The notes beneath the pieces are model-generated. The model saw only the letters and a list, made by a program, of their open reading frames with translations. It had not been told where the DNA came from and made no database searches. Below are positions 30,187 through 44,300 of a stretch of 64,000 bases of DNA, piece by piece (position 1 is the stretch's first letter; every line of letters starts with the position of its first letter). The translations under genes were made by a program, and so were the position numbers. Origin of the DNA: Bugula neritina. Its lineage: Eukaryota > Animalia > Bryozoa. The stretch lies in assembly GCA_964035545.1 (NCBI GenBank), contig OZ037772.1:5584233-5648232 (forward strand). Reading direction: 5' to 3'.

Positions 30187-32186
30187 CAATATTCTGGTGT
30201 TCTGTATTCAATTAGATGATCTCTCAGGGAAACATCTGTTATGTCACCTGTATGACTACGATCAGTTTGTGAAGACGGAGAAGGTTGGAGTTGTCCAACT
30301 ACGTTTAAATAGTCTACCATATGATGAGTCATTATACGTAGAGAAACACATTGACAGATGTCTACCTGAGTCACATGACCATGAAGAGGTGAATATATTT
30401 CATTATTTAAGAATCACAGTACACAGTGAATACAGTATTCTAAATAAAATAAAACTACATATAATAATGAATATAACATTTGATATTATAGTATTTACAT
30501 TATGCATATGTAATGCACCTGTGTGTATTGCATTCATCATAAATTAATATGTTTTTATGTAGTTATATGAAATGTGTTTATAATGTATATGCAAAAGAAA
30601 TGTAAATATATATTAAATGCAAGCAGCGAAGTGTATATGTGTACACGGCTTTATTATCTATTTATTTATAGTATTATATATGTTTTACAAATTATCCTTT
30701 AGAATTATGTCGGAGAGCTGCTGTTTTCCGTGAAGAGCACAAAGGCTAAAGATAATCTTACGCTCACCTTTTTCTTTGCTAAAGCAAAAGATTTACACAT
30801 AGAAGATGAAATCGCAGTACTCGGTAAGCAACTTCAAAGATAGCTGACGCTTTAAAAGCTGTGTTAATGTGAACAATATATAATTTTCACTAAAGTGCAT
30901 ATAAAAAGAGTGATGTATATTTTACAATTATTGGATAATCAAACTTTTAAAGTTTTCTAACATATTCCATGCTTAACAGTCAGATTTTGAAATTGTTTTC
31001 AAGTGTAAAAAGGGTTTAATTTTGAAAGGATAATGAAAGAGAGCCCCATGTGGTGCAATGGTAGCATACTTCCTTCCGACTCGGAGGACTCGTCTTGGGT
31101 TTAAATCCTAGTGGGGGCAAAAGTTTTACATGTTATTTCAACCTCTCGTAAAGTTTTATAGCAGTTATAGTAATCCGAGGTGATTATAAGACCGGGGGGG
31201 GGGGGGAGGGGGGGTGTGTGAGGCAGTAGTATAGAAGAGCCAGCAGAGTTTTAAAGAACTGGGTGGGACGTATTGTTGAGTTGAATCAACAGCCCCTGTG
31301 GTGCAATGGTAGCGTGCTTACTTGTAAGCCGAAAGTCTGTGGTGCGACTCCTGTTGGGGACCAATTCCTGATAGAGATATAATATATTTTATAGGAATAT
31401 GATATATTTTACAATTATCAGATACTCAAACTCTTAATTTTTAAAAATATTTCAGGCCTAACGGTAAGAGTGACGGTGCTAGAAGATGGAAAGAAGTTGA
31501 AGAAGAAACATACTATAGATAACATCAAAGTGACTACTAATCCACTCTTCAACCAGGAGATAGTTCTAGCTCTGCCTCAACACGTGAACCTAGCTGATAT
31601 GAGTATAGTCGTAGACTTGTGTAAAGTGAAAATCAGTAGTTATGAGGTGAGGGCGTCTACCAAGGAGGTCCGCTGTTTTGTAGATATTATTTCATATATC
31701 AACATTTCTATAGCATAACCTGGAAACTCGAGCTATGTTAAGGCTGAGTTTAAGTCACTTAGACTCACTTGAACACTTGAGTTATATTGCTATGGTCGGT
31801 TGCCTTTTATTTAAGAATATACTTTAAAAATAATTAGTGTTTAAATTTTTTCTTTATCAAAATTTTGGTAAACTTGGAAAAAAAAATTTCGTCATAATTA
31901 ATATCTTGAACAAAAATGCTCAGCAATTTAGTCACTATTTGCTCAGTTTCTAATAATCAGCAGATGTGCTGTCAACTCCACCCATGGTACCTGCTGGGCA
32001 CCTGCTCACACACTATAAATACATACTGACACTTATACTTGACAGGTGATTGGTAGAGTGTACATCAGTGCAGACGGTGACAAGAGAGGAGCTGAACATT
32101 GGAGAGAGCTTCAGCATTCTCTCAATACCAACAATAAGAGTTTGGAGTGGTGGCACCAGCTGAAGAAAGTAGCCAAGGGGAGCTGA
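30187..32186 (+). CDS. Synaptotagmin-type C2 exons, copy 2: 30187(or 30179)-30388, 30703-30823, 31456-31646, 32046-32186
   Basis: Near-identical to copy 1, open frame, same splice sites. Confidence 0.85.
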
Positions 32187-33149
32187 GGCTATCTAGTATT
32201 GTACTGTACGAGTAACTTGTACCCGTCTCAACCTAGTCAGTGTGATAAACAGAGTGCACTAAGTCACAGCGGACATTGTGTCAAAGTGCTGAATAATTTA
32301 TTATAGTTATATTATATAGCCTACTATAGTTTTTATCATTTAGAGTTCATGACTTCTGTATTATTGTAAATAAATCTCAGTATTTAAATCAATTCAGATT
32401 GGTTTGTATTTAAACTAGGTCAATGATGACAAATAACAATGATAAGCAGGTTTCCTTTTACTAGTTGTTGGTTTATTATGGTCTCCAGTATGTGACAACG
32501 ATTGGGATATGTTAATATACTGGCAGGTTACATGATATGCTTTTGATATAAAAAGTAAAATACACAACTATAAAATACCTGTTTATAAATCTTATAAGCT
32601 TCTATATATACCTTCGCCATTACATGCTACTCGTTATAGTCATACTATATCATTTGATGTGACTAAGCAAGAAAATATTTGGCATATAAAATGCAAAGCC
32701 AATTAAAGAAAATGATTTACCGAATCCACTCACTCTACAATTTATTTCAAGTCTATAATATAGTATAACTCATTGCAGTAATAGAGAAAGGTGCAGGTCA
32801 GTGTTAGAGGGTTAATGCGCAGATTTGTGACTTTTTTGGCCAAACATTTTACTCCTCTTAAAATATGCAGCTCCCAATGCAATCTAATAAACAATTTTTA
32901 CGGATGCTTAAGATTTTGAATAAAGAAATGTGTAACCATCAGCTTTTAATAACTGATGGATAATAGTTATTATAATATGGCTATTGAGAAAGAATTGTAG
33001 TGTAAGAGTAATCTCCTCTTCACATCGCTATTGCGTCGAAGGCAGCACAACTTTCGGCTAATATAACATCGGAATTAGTATGAGTAAACAAATGATTCAG
33101 TACTGTCTGTTTTGCAGACTTTATCTATAGTACGTAACATTTCCAACTC

Positions 33150-33317
33150 GGGAAATTTCTATTACTCATCCGTAGCGCAGTTTCATTTTCAACTTCCTCG
33201 CAGCAGCTTGCAAAGCAGTTTTGAGTAGAACTAGAAGTAGGTCAATCATATCCATTCGATTGGACACAATTACTATTAGAACTGAAGAACCTGAGTCACT
33301 CAGCGAACACTTTTTTG
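33150..33317 (+). promoter_or_regulatory. Type-1 promoter and non-coding exon of TRIM copy C (GGGAAATTTC 33150-33159; ISRE 33179-33190)
   Basis: Paralogue of 4246-4419 with motifs unchanged. Confidence 0.6.
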
Positions 33318-33907
33318 GTGAGCCAATTTTAATTTACCATATTGATATTCAACTTCTACTTTTACTATTAGTACTACTATTACTATTAGGATTATGGTTA
33401 TAACATTAACTGTAATCATCCATCACACTAGTTTTAAAAATACACGATTGAATTTATTGATTGCCACTGTGAGTGTGATTGTCGTTGTGATTGTGACTGG
33501 CAGATTGCGATGCTTGGTCTCAGTCTCACTTAACTGATATCAAAATCAATGTTAAAAATATTGTCATTTTCATTATGAATTAATTATTAACTTTAATAAT
33601 AATAGGTTGAATGTTAATGACTCATTAACTGTAAGTTGGTTAACATTACAGTCGAAATGATGACAGCCTCAAACGCAAAGTTACTACCAAGTCCAGTGTC
33701 AGCCCTTGCTAGATGTAGATGTAAATAATTCAATAATAATATCAGATAGTTGGTGAGAGAATTGTTTGCTGTTCTTGGAACTTGGGCAATGTCCAAATCT
33801 TCTTTTAATTCTCTTGCCATCCACTTGTATAAGTATTGATAACTGCTCTGAAATCATTGTGATCAACATGATTGTGTCGTCCTAATATGATGTAATTGTA
33901 GAACAAA

Positions 33908-36900
33908 ATGGCATCCAAACCTCAACAAATGGTGCGATGTACTATTTGTTTATCTAAACTCAAGTTAGAGGAATGTAAGGCATTACCTTGTACTCACCCA
34001 CACTGTGACAAGTGTTTGAATGAATTTTATGGCAGGCTGAATGCTCTTAAATGTGGAATATGTCGGTAAGTTTATGTCAAAGTATTTGCTATTTGGTTTT
34101 CGCTAAGTGTGCTGTCTAGTATACATCACAGTTAATATAATATCACGAGGTGGAACGGAGCGAATTATACTATGAGCGTTGATTGATAAATTTTCTCTAA
34201 GATAAAACTAATTGATGATCTATCAACGATAAATTTATCATTTATGTTACAGACAGGTATTCAATACAACACCTGATAAGTTACCAACAGCAGACCAGAT
34301 GAAACAGATAGATAAGTCTATACTCTGTGAAGTCTGTACAAAGTCAGGAGTGAATAACACATCTGCTCTGGTGTATTGTTTAGTTTGTTCTAAACTGTAC
34401 TGTGCTAAACATGTCATTGTAAGTTAACACTATTTTTAGTGTCATCTGTGTATATATCTTTACATGTGATATTCTGAAACTAAAAGCTTGAGATTTTGGT
34501 GATACTTTGCGTAAAAAATTTAATGGTTTTGCAACAAATTGTTTGCGATATTTGATTTGCTTCATCAATTGAAACATTAATTTATTTTCATTTGTTTTTA
34601 CTCATTTGCTCACATTAATTGGTTTTGAGTCTTTACCTCCTAACATTTATCGATCAGCATGCTGTAGTTTATTATACATTAGATAAAAGTTATGATCAAG
34701 GAGACATAACTCTCAAGATTGATTTCTTACATCCATGCTTTTATTGTAATAGATACTTTAGGCATTATATGATCATGACATTAGGACCATTATAATGTAT
34801 ATTATATGCAATCTTAGATGTAATATCGTTGGTAAGCCACAAACTCTTTTGTATATATTTGTCTTAGGACCATGACAATCTGGCCGAAGAACATTCTAGA
34901 ATAAATATGACAGAGTATATAGCTCGCGCTGCTAAGTTAGAGAGGAGAATGTGTGAGACACATGCAGACGTAGAGTATACTTTGGGTTGTAAAGTCTGTC
35001 TCAAACTACTCTGTACTCAGTGTGTACCTACAGCTGGTGTATGTGATGATGGTAAGTGTCTATTCTTCTGTTTACTTGCTATATATATTACATGATTCAG
35101 GTACACAACAGCTTATACATTGCTTTGTATATATTATTTTAGGTACATCACAGCATATACTCTTGACATTGAAAGATTTAACAATGCAGCTGGTGGAAGT
35201 CACAAAGTTGAAGACAAGAGAAGACAACTTATCTGCTTATTACAAACAGATAGCTGCAAACATTGATGAGTTTCGAACTGAAACCAAAAATTTATTGGTT
35301 TTGATAAGGACACAGCGTGATGATCAGGTGATTATTACATGGTTTTTAAGTTTGATATAATTATAAATATCATATTATAGAAGCTGTGAGAGTTTGTTTA
35401 TAGTTCTCTGTATAGCCATCTGAGATAAGTTACCTTTTTGGGAAATGTAAGATGATTATACACTCAGACACTCTTCAAATTTTTCTAGCTTGTCTAACAT
35501 TTAATGTGACTGTATTTAGATAGCAGCTATTCAACAGAAGTATGACGAACTGGAGAAAGAACTGGTGGAGAAGAGAGAAAAGACTGAGAGTCAAGCAGTG
35601 AATTTCATGGTAGAGGAAGTAGGGGCTAGATATTGTGAGCTGTATAATCACAGAACAGGAATAGAGGCTAAGTTAGACCAAAGTCATGAGGTTAGCTACA
35701 GAGTATAGATGGATAGTAGATGTTATGGTGTGTGTATCTGTCACAGTTTGATGTTTTATATTTAACATCTTATATAGATCATTCAAGTAAAATAAATAGA
35801 TATAATGTAATGAAAAGAATTCTCGATACTATATAGAATACTGCATAATACTACAGCATACTGTATAACACTATATAACACTGTATAATACTATAGAACA
35901 CTGTATATAATACTATTATAGGATACTGTATAATACTATAGAACACTGTATAATACTATAGGACACTGTATAATACTATAGGACACTGTATAATACTATA
36001 GGAAACTGTATAATACTATAGGACACCGTATAATACTATAGGATACTGTATAATACTATAGGACACTGTATAATACTATAGGAAACTGTATAATACTATA
36101 GGACACTGTATGATCTATGTAGGGCACAGCAGATGATATTTAGTGTAAAGTTTGCCCATTCGTTTGTAAAGGCTTCTTGTTCTAAATTGTGCTTTTCACT
36201 CTCGATATTGCAATTTTTTGCCTTGCAACGCATGTTAATACAATGCTGCTTTTTAGATGGTTTTGTTGGTTTCAAATACAACACTGTTGTTGATCTCATT
36301 GTTCATACTCAAAACTGGCGTTCTCTATAATAGCATACAACTTCCAAACACCTGCTACACAGTGTCACATTGTGTGTATATGTAATATTGTTAGGTTGAC
36401 ATCATCGAGTCATATCGTGGCATGAAGAAGGAGATTGATAGACTGTTGACAGAAAAGATTCCTAAGTTGGCACATTTTGATCTTGTAACATCTGTGGAGG
36501 TCAAAGGTCAGTTTTATAGATGTTGAAGGCCAGTTTTATGTTATCAATATGCAAAACTATTTAAAACAAGATATTGAATGACTCAAAAACCCTATTTTTT
36601 TTCAGGAAGTTATTTATCTAGCCGCATTTAGGTGACATAATCAAGTAAGTATATTTTGACTTTTGAATTTGAAGTATATTTGTATGTAAGCTTTACCTAT
36701 TATTGCCACACTACACCCCTACAATATCCTATTAAACCAAGTTATAAAGTAAATAATGGTAGTGGGAACCTTTAGTGTGTATTTTACACTGAGATAGAAA
36801 GTGGCCTACATCTCTCCCAATTTCTGTATACTTCTTTCAACTACATTATAGATTTACACACTTGTGCAATAGTTGTGCTTAATTTTGGAGAATTATACTA

Positions 36901-38075
36901 GTACAAGTTAATAGCACTGATGTTTTTTGTATAGTGATACACAAAGATATACATGTATGTGTACTTATCTGCTAGCTTTTCTGATGTATCAGCAGTCTTA
37001 TATTATATTACCTTGTCATGCATGTCAATATTTTATCACAGAGGAGCAAAGAAATACAGAGATTGAGCTGACCAATGAAAGGACAGCAAGTATAACTCCT
37101 GAACAAGGACTAGTTCTCTCACCTCCACCACCCAAGTCAGTAGAACTGATAAGCACTGGTAAAGTTTCTCCATACTGCTATTCTGTTTACACCTATAAAG
37201 GTATCACATATGCTGGGTGTGATGGAGGTGTAGACAAGATAGATGAGAACAACAAAGTTACTGAATCATTCATCTCTATTAAGGGTAACGATGTGTTGAG
37301 TATCTCAGTACATAATGATAGGATATATACTCTGTCTACTGGCTCTACTGTAAGAGTTCATAACCTTGAAGGGAGGTTCATTACCAGCTGGACTTATGTA
37401 GATGATAAATCAAAGTGGCTAAATCAGCTTGCCATCATAAACAATCAGATAGCTATTCCTGACAGGCTGAATAAAACTCTAGTACTCTACTCTCTGAATG
37501 GGGAGGTAGTAAACACCTTACCCTGTCCTCTACCTACATATTCTAATGTAAACACTTTTTCCTGTTCTCTACTCACTGATACTTCTGTACATCTGTCTGC
37601 GGCAGATAATAACTCAGTGATTATATCTCAACTTTACTCATCTCTAGTATACAAAGTAGACACCTTATCAGGTGACATCATCTGGCAGTGTAAGGATGTG
37701 GCTACACCTCGTGGAGTGACCTGCTATAGAGATGAGTTTGTACTTGTGGCTGATTATACTGAACCTACCTCACTCTGTGTGCTATCCTTACATACAGGTT
37801 GGTTACTGTGTAAAATACACATAATTGATGTATATGCATTGTAATTTGATGAAATGAGATCATACATATTTATTGCTGCAAATAAACTGCACTATCTTTA
37901 TATTATCTTTGATTCTTAAAAAAAAAACACTGTGTTTTTTCTCTTCACAGGCAAGTTACTAACCAGGATATCCACTGAAAAGAGTTACATATCTGGTCTC
38001 CACATTACTGGCTCTACTCTAGTAGTTCCAGTTTTGTCTTCTAAGGGACACGTTAAGTTCTATCAGCTGAAGTGA
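33908..38075 (+). CDS. TRIM gene copy C, intact, 618 aa; exons 33908-34065, 34253-34418, 34868-35051, 35143-35327, 35520-35690, 36395-36506, 37042-37797, 37951-38075
   Basis: Same architecture and phases as copy A; 13-aa in-frame duplication in the propeller. Confidence 0.92.
35830..36110. repeat. 20-bp minisatellite (ctgtataatactataggaca)n
   Basis: Regular 20-bp period visible. Confidence 0.93.
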
Positions 38076-39426
38076 AGTGAGCTGATAGACTGGGATACTC
38101 TAATAAAGGTTAGTAAATGTTGTGAGAGGTACTGAGTGCCTTTCTAATTCATCTTGCTAATACTGCTTTGTATTGAATAGTTTTACATTGCATCTTGTTG
38201 TATAATATTGTGTGTTGCATTGCATTTTTTTGCATAGAAATATCATGAATTTTTATAGTATTATAATAATATTGTTGGTTAACTATAATATAGTAGTGTG
38301 CACATTATTACCAGTTATCTCCCCTGATTAGTCATCAATCAATAGTTAAATTATAAAGCAACTGTTTACAATGCATACGATGTATACTAATGTCTCATAG
38401 TACTATATTATTATAACATATCAGATATATACTAGACATATCTGCTATGCTTTGTAGAAAACATCATGTTGAGTCATACATAAGGAGTTACCTTCCCAGT
38501 ACATCTCTGCTTTAATTAGTCAACTAAGTCAGTTTACTTCACTATAGACGCCTGCATGTTTAACTTCCTACTTTACAGTGGACTACTATAGACAGGCTAT
38601 AACCACTAAGTTTTACAAGCACTATTTTTAATTCATTATTATCACTCAAGTTCTTGTACTGGTGTATTTTATAACGGAATATCCAATCTATTGTGCGTTA
38701 TATCAATTATACACAATCTATTTCTATAATTAATCTGTAAACTTTATAGGCTATAAAATTTTTCATTGGTGGTGGTTCGATATATATTATTTACTTTAAA
38801 TTTGCAAAATTTTCTTTAAATTTCCTATTATTTTTTATCCTGACTATAAACTTTTGTTATTTGCAATTATCAAGCCAAATTAATTGTGTCTTTGTTTGCT
38901 GCCTTAGAAATTACTAATGCATCAGATTTTGTTACTATAATACGAACAAATTGTTTTGTTTATAGATTGAGATATGACATGCTGTGAAGCTGTTTTCAGT
39001 TATTATATGGAGTTATGTAACCAAACAGTAACAAAAAATAGCACATTATATTCCCTTACAATATGCAGTGCCTTTGATAAAAATAAAATTGCCTTTTATT
39101 TAGCAATTGATTCCTGGTCTAATAAAGAGAAATCCAAAATTTTATCCAGTTTTCATTGAATACTCTGCAATTATTTTATTTTCACTTTTTAGAAAATATC
39201 ACACATCTATTGGACATGCTACAAATAGGAATTGGTCAGTAGTTCATAAACAATCAATTTTCATTTAATATAAACTGTTTTAGTACTCTGCAAAAACTCT
39301 ATTTTATATAATTATGCGGAAACTATCTTAATACGAAAGAAAAGCTTCTTTCCTAGAGATTAAAGCCACTAATAATTTGAGTGCAGCTTAATCTCGCCCT
39401 ATACTTTCTTCAGCTTATTATGCAGT

Positions 39427-39844
39427 TGTAATGGGTTTTAGTGTTGCAATTAGTTAACCTATAAGTATATCGAAGGGGTCGACTCTATGTCATGCTATTG
39501 TGGAGGCCGACAGCATCTTGCCCAGCCGACAGCATCTTATAGTCGACAGTGGCACCACTAATGCTATAGCCAATCAGGAGTGACTACTAATTAGTACTAG
39601 GTGGAGCTATCTACGTATAGTGAAAGTAAGCTAGGCAGCTAGCCGGGCAGAGCAGTTTAAGGGACTTGTTACTGAGTAGTAGTGTATAGATTGCTCTGCA
39701 TTATGTAATCGTGTAAATTAGTGTAGTAGTTTCATTTGCTGTATCTTTTATAAATAATAAATTCTGTATAATCGTGATCAACCTGGTGAAGTAGCTTTGA
39801 ATAAGTAGACCCACATGATATAGTGAATTGAGAAATTCACTACA
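39427..39844 (+). mobile_element. Solo LTR (418 bp) with 4-bp TSD CAGT
   Basis: TGTAATG...CACTACA termini, cagt on both sides, internal gccaatc and aataaa; empty site tatgcagtgtac seen at ~21637-21648. Confidence 0.85.
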
Positions 39845-40836
39845 CAGTGTACAATTAAATGAAATTATAAGCTGGAATTAAAGCTTTCACTAAAAAGCTC
39901 TCGCTACAAAAAATATGGCAGCTGATATTTGTACAAACTTGAACTACCAGCCTTCATTTGGTGAAAAAGCAAAACGACTTTTATTTACCAAGTATTGGAA
40001 TACAGAGAGTATTTTTTTCAGTAAGTTATCTTTATATAGAATTTAAATGTTATATAATAAAAGCAGATATGAAGCCAAAACAGTGCCTTTTTGCACAAGA
40101 AACTAAGTTTCAAGTAAAGTTTTGTCAACCATCACATTCTGTTCACCAAAACTCTTTAAACATTTCTACAAACTCAAACTGATTTCCATGCAGCAGCTGC
40201 AACAATCAAACTGACACGTTATATTATATATCGGACCATATAATATAAGATTTAATGCTTTAGTATAACCTTTTGTGTGCCTCTTGTAACATTCCATCTC
40301 TACTATAGTAAACATTGTACAAAGCATAATATAGTTACTATTAATTAGAGTTGTGTATACTGTGGGGAGTTATCTTATAATAGTGTAGGTCAGAGCTGTT
40401 CAAGCAGTGAGAAGGAAGTATATATAATCTGAGTATAATTATAGAAATATTAGAAGACATGTTCTGTCTAATTTGTAGTCAACACTGTTACATGCTACCT
40501 CTGCTACAATATTCATGTATTTTAACTCAACATATACAAACAACACTTCATGGAGCTGGTCACATGTTAGTTATACTAAACTAAACTAGATACAATAAAA
40601 ATACATGGATGAGCTTTACTAGCAAGTCATTTTATTTGGAATCCTGAAGCCCCTGTAGCGTAATTGGTTATCGAGCCTGCTTGCAAGTCCTGTACAGGCA
40701 ATTAATTTACAAGTCACTCTCTTTTTCATTGGTGGAAAAAATCAATATCTCTCAATAGTAAGCAAACAATGAATTTCTATGTATACAACAAATTCTATGA
40801 TAGCTATGAATAAACTTATAGAATAGATCCACTATT

Positions 40837-41009
40837 CTGATTGGACATACAAAAAAGAAGTTAATAACTCCGCCTTAATTGGAAATTCCAGTTTCCTACA
40901 ATTAGTCATAAGTTGTTCATGGAGATGCAGTTTCACTTAAGACTGGATTGTTGCAGCTTTCAGAGGAGTGTGTGGAAACAGCACGTACTTCATTGATCAT
41001 AAGATACAG
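40837..41009 (+). promoter_or_regulatory. Type-2 promoter and non-coding exon upstream of TRIM copy D (ATTGG, GGAAATTCC 40881-40889, agtttcactt)
   Basis: Paralogue of 12877-13051. Confidence 0.55.
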
Positions 41010-41384
41010 GTAATTAGTCTAACAAGTTTATTAGTTCAACTTGCCACTTTTCAGCTGGTAATTATTTACATTGCTAGTTTATTTAGAAGAAAATACATTT
41101 ATTCTATTTCAAGTATTATTATTAATGTAGTTGAAAAGCAAAACAATTTTAGTATTTATACGTTTTATCATATGTTTCAGCTGCTTTAAGCACTCTGGGT
41201 GACTTGTAGCACCTGTTAGGGGTATTCATATGTGTAGTGTTTTTATATAACCTTGTAAGTACTGTAATTACAGTAAAGAAGTTTCCACTATATAGTATAT
41301 GTTATACAATATAATGTGCATTGGATACAATACTTCTTATATTTATGCTATTTAATAAAAAAACACATACCTATTACACTTGTG

Positions 41385-44300
41385 GAAGGCTAAAAGCTCT
41401 TAAATGTGGAATATGTCGGTAAGTGAATAATATTATAACATAATAGTATAAAATGTTACATGCATAATGTCATATATTTCATAATATGTTTATCAATAAT
41501 TTCATGGTTCATGCTATGTACAGTAGATATCCCAATTATTTCTATAATATTAACAAGTAGAATAAGCCGATATTGGCATATTTGTCTTATAAGATGTTTT
41601 ATAAGAATTTATTTTGTATTATAAGAATTTTTTTATATGCAGTATAGATAATACAACCAGGTGCTTAATTTTATGTAGATACAGTATTGTAAAAATTTGT
41701 TTTTATTGTGACTACAATTGTAGTTGAGGTCTTTAGAGTAGCGTTCCAGTGATTTTAGTGCCTAATACTGAAAACTACTTCAATAATCAACATGTCTAAT
41801 AAAGTTTTGATATTTTACTTATGCTAAGGTTAAGGTCATGACCGGCACTATAAAGCTGGTCTTAGTTTATATTTTATTTTAGGGTTTTTGTAAGTTGAAT
41901 CATTCACAATGTAATAAAGTCATCATTAAGTAGATTAGGTTTGAAAGTGAATTCATGGTTCGAATGCCGTTGTAGTCTTTTGGAAGTTTTTCAACACCTG
42001 CCACCTTGTTAGATTTAGATTTAGATTGTGAGTAGTAGACAAATGTATTGGTATGAAGAATGTTAAACAAAACATGCTTTGTTTCCTTATGCTTTTGAAA
42101 ACTAGTTAAACTTTTCTAGTTTTCTGAAGTGGTGATAGTATAAGACACAAGACGCACAAAGAAACGGCACCCAATAGATCTGTTGTTACATACAATATAA
42201 CTGTTTTATTTCATTATGCTATTCCTTTAATTTTTGGTTGCATAACCAAACCCTACAACCCAGTAGCTATGGTTTGAGTCAAATATACTTTATCAGAGCA
42301 GAATCCAAATAATAAATGTTTGCACTGCCACATGATTTATTATATGTGGTCTTTTATGTAATATAATATATCTTATAATCTGGTGGTGCTGTAAATAGGT
42401 TTCAAACCGTAAATTTGTCTTATTGTGACATTATAGTAGGAGTTGTGTGACAATATGGCAGCTTTTATATGAGTTGTATAATACATCCTATACAGAGACA
42501 TATAGTTTGCTTTACTGTGAAGTAAACAGGGATATTGTATGACACTATGACATGGTACTATAACCAAAGTGTAGGAAAACAGATACAGATAGTTGTGTAT
42601 CATAAATGATTTACAAAAAGAAGAGGGAACACAGTTATTTGGTTGACTGAATGTTGACAGCAAGCTTTGTTACTAAACCCCTAGAGTCAAAGTATTAGAA
42701 TGTATTCAGGTTATCAATGGCTACGTTTAAATCAAAAGCTAGTCAGTTCAGGTTCTCCAGTGTAATATATTAGAGATCATTGGTGCATAACAATGAGATG
42801 TAATGCCTTACTAAACATACTTTGTTATTGAACAACCTGAATGCTATTTAGAAATAGCTTAGCTTTTCTAGTTATAGAAAGTTGTGACCATAGAGAAGAA
42901 CAACAATAATAAACACTGAGATTTTCACACATTTGTTCTACTGTTATTTGTTCAATGAAGATCTTTTATTTTTTACTTTATTATTTTTGTGAATAACTTG
43001 TACAATAAAGCCTTGGTTCTTTATTGTGTATAGAGTCGAATAGATTTTATCAGAATAATTTGTCACAATAATAAATATTATGCAAAGCAAGACTGAGTGC
43101 TAAATGTGTTTAATCAAAGCACTCCGAACCAATTCCATTTTACCATAACATGGTTAATGCAAGTTTACATCATCCATTGAATATCACAGCACCAATATTA
43201 CTAAAAGTTGCATGTCATTAGATATGTTGAGATGTGTAAAATAGGAGCTAGTATAAATATATTTTCAAAAGACTTTGAGAAATGTTTGTTCCATCTTCAG
43301 ATATACATAGTTGTTCTACAGTAGCTTATAGATGGAAACATTGTTCTCCCTATACATAATCAAAAGTGATACTGTTGACATGGAAAGAGCTAGCATTACA
43401 ATATTCTCTTCTTGAAGAATTTATAATGGCACATTGTTTATGTCATAATATATTGAAATATTCAATTATATCTCAGTTTTACTCTACAGAATATTTGAAC
43501 GCTTTTATAAGACGCAAGCAAGTTAGTTCTAGAAACAGCTTTGAATTAAATTGAAATTTCTGATTGCTTGTTGATAAAACTTATTATAACAGGTTATAGG
43601 CTCGTGGCATTTTAGAATTGAATGATTTTTGAATATTAATTGTATGATTTCATTGCATGCTATTTTTAGCTGCTATAGCTGCTAAAAATATTATGCAACA
43701 CACAGGAGCAACCATGGTCTAGATTTTAGTGTTGCCCTAGTCACGTTTAGAGGGTCTTACATGGGTCTAATTAAAAGAAAACTGCATGTAAACACAAGGG
43801 CAGGTATTTTAAGAAAAGCAGGATTTTAATTCAGCAATAATAAAACTAGCAACAGGTGGTATTTAACTATACCTTGTTGTATCATAACAAAACTTATACA
43901 GCAGATAATGTTGCATGTATTCACCATTTATATTATAGACAAGTGTTCAATACAACACCTGATAAGTTACCAACAGCAGACCAGATGAAACAGATAGATA
44001 AGTCTATACTCTGTGAAGTCTGTACAAAGTCAGGAGTGAATAACACACCTGCTCTGATGTATTGTTTAGTTTGTTCTAAACTATACTGTGCTAAACATGT
44101 CATTGTAAGTTAGCACTCTTTAATTTCTTTTTGCATGTTTCCCTTATGTGTTGTAAAACTGGATAGCCGTAGCAACTGGCTATGTTTCAAAATATTATTA
44201 ATCCAAAACCTCTGGGTTTTTGTTATGTTTTACTGACAAACAATTTGCTGGTTTCACAAAAAAAACTCTGCAATATTTGATAAGATAACTTTTTAGTTTG

